A stretch of DNA of 64,000 nucleotides from an uncultured delta proteobacterium (lineage in GTDB: Bacteria; Myxococcota_A; Polyangia; Haliangiales; Haliangiaceae), in contig CAWKDB010000002.1 of NCBI GenBank assembly GCA_963848295.1, positions 1,088,001-1,152,000 of the forward strand, in the 5' to 3' direction. A model generated the notes under the pieces. That model saw only the letters and a list, made by a program, of their open reading frames with translations. It ran no database searches and was not told the DNA's origin. Shown piece by piece: positions 61,375 through 64,000 of the stretch. A program made the position numbers and the translations under genes. Within the stretch, counting starts at the first letter, position 1. The number at the start of each line of letters is the position of its first letter.

Positions 61375-62291
61375 CAGTCGTTGTCGATCACCGAGCGCAG
61401 GCAGGTCTCGGCGACGGGCGAATCCCAGTCGCGCTTGTTTGTGATGTACATCCGGATCCGGCCGGCGCGATCGATCAGCGCCGACTCGGGCAGCTTGTTG
61501 ATCCCCCACGACGCCGCGATCTTGCCGATGTTGCCGTCGCCCTCAGGGGGATCGAGGTAGACATTGAACGGCACGCTGCCGGCCGGCAGCGCGCGCTTGT
61601 AAGCCCACAGCGCGTCGGTGATCGACACCTCGTCGCCGGCGGCCTTCGTCGCATCGAACACGCGTTGTGCAAACTTGTCGCCGTGCGCCGCCGAGATCAC
61701 GCTCAACACTTCACCGACGCGCTCCTCTTGTGGATGAGTCCGCAACACGCGGACGTACGCCGCGACCGCCGCGTCATCATCGCCGGTGACCGCTCGGGCA
61801 TCGGCGACCGCAGCCGTAGGCGCGAGCGAGTCGATCAGGCCGATCAACGCTTCGCTCCACGTGTGGTCCGATGCCAGCGCGATGACCTTGAAGTCGTCGC
61901 CGCCGAGATCGTTGGTGAGGCCGCGGATATGCGGCTTCTCCGTCGTGCACACGCCGCACCACGACGCCCAGAAATTGAGCAGCACGACCTTGCCGCGGAA
62001 GTCCGACAGCTTGACCGGGTTGCCGTTGTTGTCGATCGCGGTGAAGTCGGGAGCGATGGTGGGCAGCTTGCAGGGCTTGCCGCCGCACACCGCGCTGTTC
62101 GGCATCTCGGGGCCGAGCGAGGCGCACGCCGCGCGCGTCTCGCGTTGCGCGGCGATCGGGACCATCCACAGAAACAGCGCGGCCGCACCGACGCCGATCG
62201 AGGCGACCAGCGCGGCGATCGTCAGCGATCGCGGCGCGAACCACACACCGCGCGGACTTTCCACCGCGGGTCGAGTAGGCGCATCAGCCAT
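61374..62291 (-). CDS. TlpA-family thiol-disulfide oxidoreductase with large insertion
   Basis: TM anchor, APDFT, NFWASWCGVC and LPESALIDR. Confidence 0.88.
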   Translation of the reverse strand: MADAPTRPAVESPRGVWFAPRSLTIAALVASIGVGAAALFLWMVPIAAQRETRAACASLGPEMPNSAVCGGKPCKLPTIAPDFTAIDNNGNPVKLSDFRGKVVLLNFWASWCGVCTTEKPHIRGLTNDLGGDDFKVIALASDHTWSEALIGLIDSLAPTAAVADARAVTGDDDAAVAAYVRVLRTHPQEERVGEVLSVISAAHGDKFAQRVFDATKAAGDEVSITDALWAYKRALPAGSVPFNVYLDPPEGDGNIGKIAASWGINKLPESALIDRAGRIRMYITNKRDWDSPVAETCLRSVIDND

Positions 62292-62329
62292 CGACGGCAG
62301 TGTAGCCCGGTTTCCGCTATGCTCAAAGC

Positions 62330-63427
62330 GTGTCTCTTCGCGGGTCGCTCAGCACGATGGCCGCCGAGGACGTGCTCGAATGGGTGGCGAAGCGGAAGCT
62401 GTCCGCGCCGATCTCGTTCGAACGTCGCGGCACCGAGCGCAGCCTCGTCGTTGAAGAAGGCACGATCGTGTGGGCGAGCAGCAATCGCCGCGACGAACAG
62501 CTCGGCGTGATCCTCGTACGCAGCGGGCTGGTCGCCGAGCGAGCGCTCGCCGACGGACTGGAAGCTAGAGCCGAAACCGGCGTGCCGCTCGGAAAAGTCC
62601 TGCTGATGTCAGGACTCATCACCGAGGCCGATCTGGTCGAGATCCTTGCAACCAAGATCCGTGAAACCGTGACCGATGTCGTGACCTGGACCGATGGCCA
62701 ATTCGATGTCGTGCCGCGCGGCCAGACGGCGTCGACCGGGGTCAGCGCGCACCTCGCGATCGACATCTGCCTGACCGTCGCGCGCCGGCGCAGCGAACGC
62801 ATGACCGAGATCATGGGCGTGCTCGGCGCGGACGACGTGACGTTCTACGTACCTCCCGGCGCGCTGCCGCCGCGGGCGAGCAACGGCGACATCGTCGATC
62901 TCGCGAAGGTCTGGGCGCTCGCGGGCGATCGTCACACCGCGGCAGACATCGCCGCGACGTTCTCCGGTGAGCGGTTCGACGCGTACGACAAGCTCGCGCA
63001 GCTCGTGCAGTCCGGACAGCTCGTGATCGATCGGCGTACGCGCGAGCGCACGAACTCCGCGGTCGAGCTCGCCGCCGGTGCACGCGGCCGGTTGCGCGCG
63101 GGCGATCGCGCGGGAGCGCTCGCGATGGCGAGCCAGGCGCTGCATCAAGATCCGAGCGATCCGGAAGTGCGCAAGACATTCTCCCAGATCGAGCGCGCCC
63201 GCGTCGCCGAAGTCGCGAAGCGGCTGCTCGCGAAGCATCGGGTGCCGAAGAAGTTGCGCGAACCGACGCCCGACCTCGGGCTGTCCACCCAGGAGCTCGA
63301 GCTCGCGAGTCGCGTCGATGGCCGCTGGGACCTGCTGTCGCTCGTCAAGTCGACCAGCCAACGCGAGTCGGACGCGCTGATCGCTTTCGCGCACCTCGCC
63401 GAGCTCGGCGTCGTGGAGCTCGGCTGA
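62330..63427 (+). CDS. DUF4388-like domain protein
   Basis: LRGSL start, LGVILVRSG, LGKVLLMSG, WTDGQF and a TPR-like segment. Confidence 0.8.
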   Translation: MSLRGSLSTMAAEDVLEWVAKRKLSAPISFERRGTERSLVVEEGTIVWASSNRRDEQLGVILVRSGLVAERALADGLEARAETGVPLGKVLLMSGLITEADLVEILATKIRETVTDVVTWTDGQFDVVPRGQTASTGVSAHLAIDICLTVARRRSERMTEIMGVLGADDVTFYVPPGALPPRASNGDIVDLAKVWALAGDRHTAADIAATFSGERFDAYDKLAQLVQSGQLVIDRRTRERTNSAVELAAGARGRLRAGDRAGALAMASQALHQDPSDPEVRKTFSQIERARVAEVAKRLLAKHRVPKKLREPTPDLGLSTQELELASRVDGRWDLLSLVKSTSQRESDALIAFAHLAELGVVELG

Positions 63428-63428
63428 C

Positions 63429-64000
63429 GTGGCGGAGGCGTTGCAAGCGCAGACGGTCGATCGCAAGCGGCTGCTGCCGCGAAGCGGGATCGGGGTCGAC
63501 GAGGCATGGCTCGTCATCGCCCCGCCCGGTAATCCGATCATTCGGCTCGATGCGCGGCTGCTCGATCGCGTCGAGCTGATCGGCCGGTCGACGACGGCAC
63601 CGCTGATCGCCTCGGGGCTCGCGACCGCCGGGCTCGCCGCCGCCGCGTTGTCGCTGTTGCCGGGCGGCCCGCTCACCGCCGCTGGCTTCGCGTACCTCGT
63701 GCACGAGCGGTTCAGCGAGGCGCGCCGGCGGGCGCGCAGTCGCGACCTGTTGCTCGCGCTCGGCGATCTCGAAGTCGCGTTGCATGTCGCCGATGGGCCG
63801 GAAGCGGCCAAGGGCATCGCGGATCGACTCGCTCCGTACACGCGCGACGCCCCGATCACGCGGCCCGAGGTCTACGAAGACGCGAAGCGGCGGATGCGCG
63901 CGCAGGCCGAAGGCAAAGGCGAGGCGAGCGCGCGACGCGAGATCGAGCATGCGCTGCTCGTCGGCAACGACGTCGTGCATATGCGCGGCGACTATCTTCA
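63429..64000 (+). CDS. Membrane hypothetical protein (runs off the window)
   Basis: GTG 63429 directly after the upstream stop, open to the end, with a hydrophobic segment. Confidence 0.65.
   Translation, partial: MAEALQAQTVDRKRLLPRSGIGVDEAWLVIAPPGNPIIRLDARLLDRVELIGRSTTAPLIASGLATAGLAAAALSLLPGGPLTAAGFAYLVHERFSEARRRARSRDLLLALGDLEVALHVADGPEAAKGIADRLAPYTRDAPITRPEVYEDAKRRMRAQAEGKGEASARREIEHALLVGNDVVHMRGDYL

Overview
Very GC-rich (roughly 70% by eye) bacterial chromosomal window. MYXO-CTERM-like C-terminal anchors, eukaryote-like Ser/Thr kinases and a DUF4388-like protein point to Myxococcota, possibly Haliangiales/Kofleriaceae (inference). Most of it is housekeeping, signalling and envelope genes: cyclase-STAND-TPR protein, SCO, Ca/Na antiporter, sirtuin, mgtE, M14 and M20 peptidases, apaH, ABC-F, tdh-kbl, bolA, panE-like, xth, CobW, TlpA. 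Four things stand out. (1) An ~8.8 kb mobile-DNA island (41.9-50.7 kb) is bracketed by two inverted copies of a long hairpin with a conserved 109-bp core and different but self-complementary stems. It holds a complete IS (15-bp TIRs, 6-bp TSD), 1.5 copies of a HUH/Y1 (RAYT-like) transposase unit bounded by short conserved-loop hairpins, IS256-like end remnants and small cargo genes or fragments. (2) A LuxR-adjacent mini-regulon (16.3-18.8 kb) has two Cys-motif micro-lipoproteins and a fibre-like protein sharing an upstream motif. (3) Three tandem surface-anchored metzincin-like paralogs carry a QExxHxxTLDH site and are coupled to a DUF455 ferritin-like/ATP-grasp pair. (4) Many genes have a TAnnnT -10 box 6-9 nt before the start codon, suggesting leaderless mRNAs. 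Five single-base frameshifts in three genes are probably assembly errors. No rRNA, tRNA or CRISPR array was seen. Family names come from motif recognition, not database searches.
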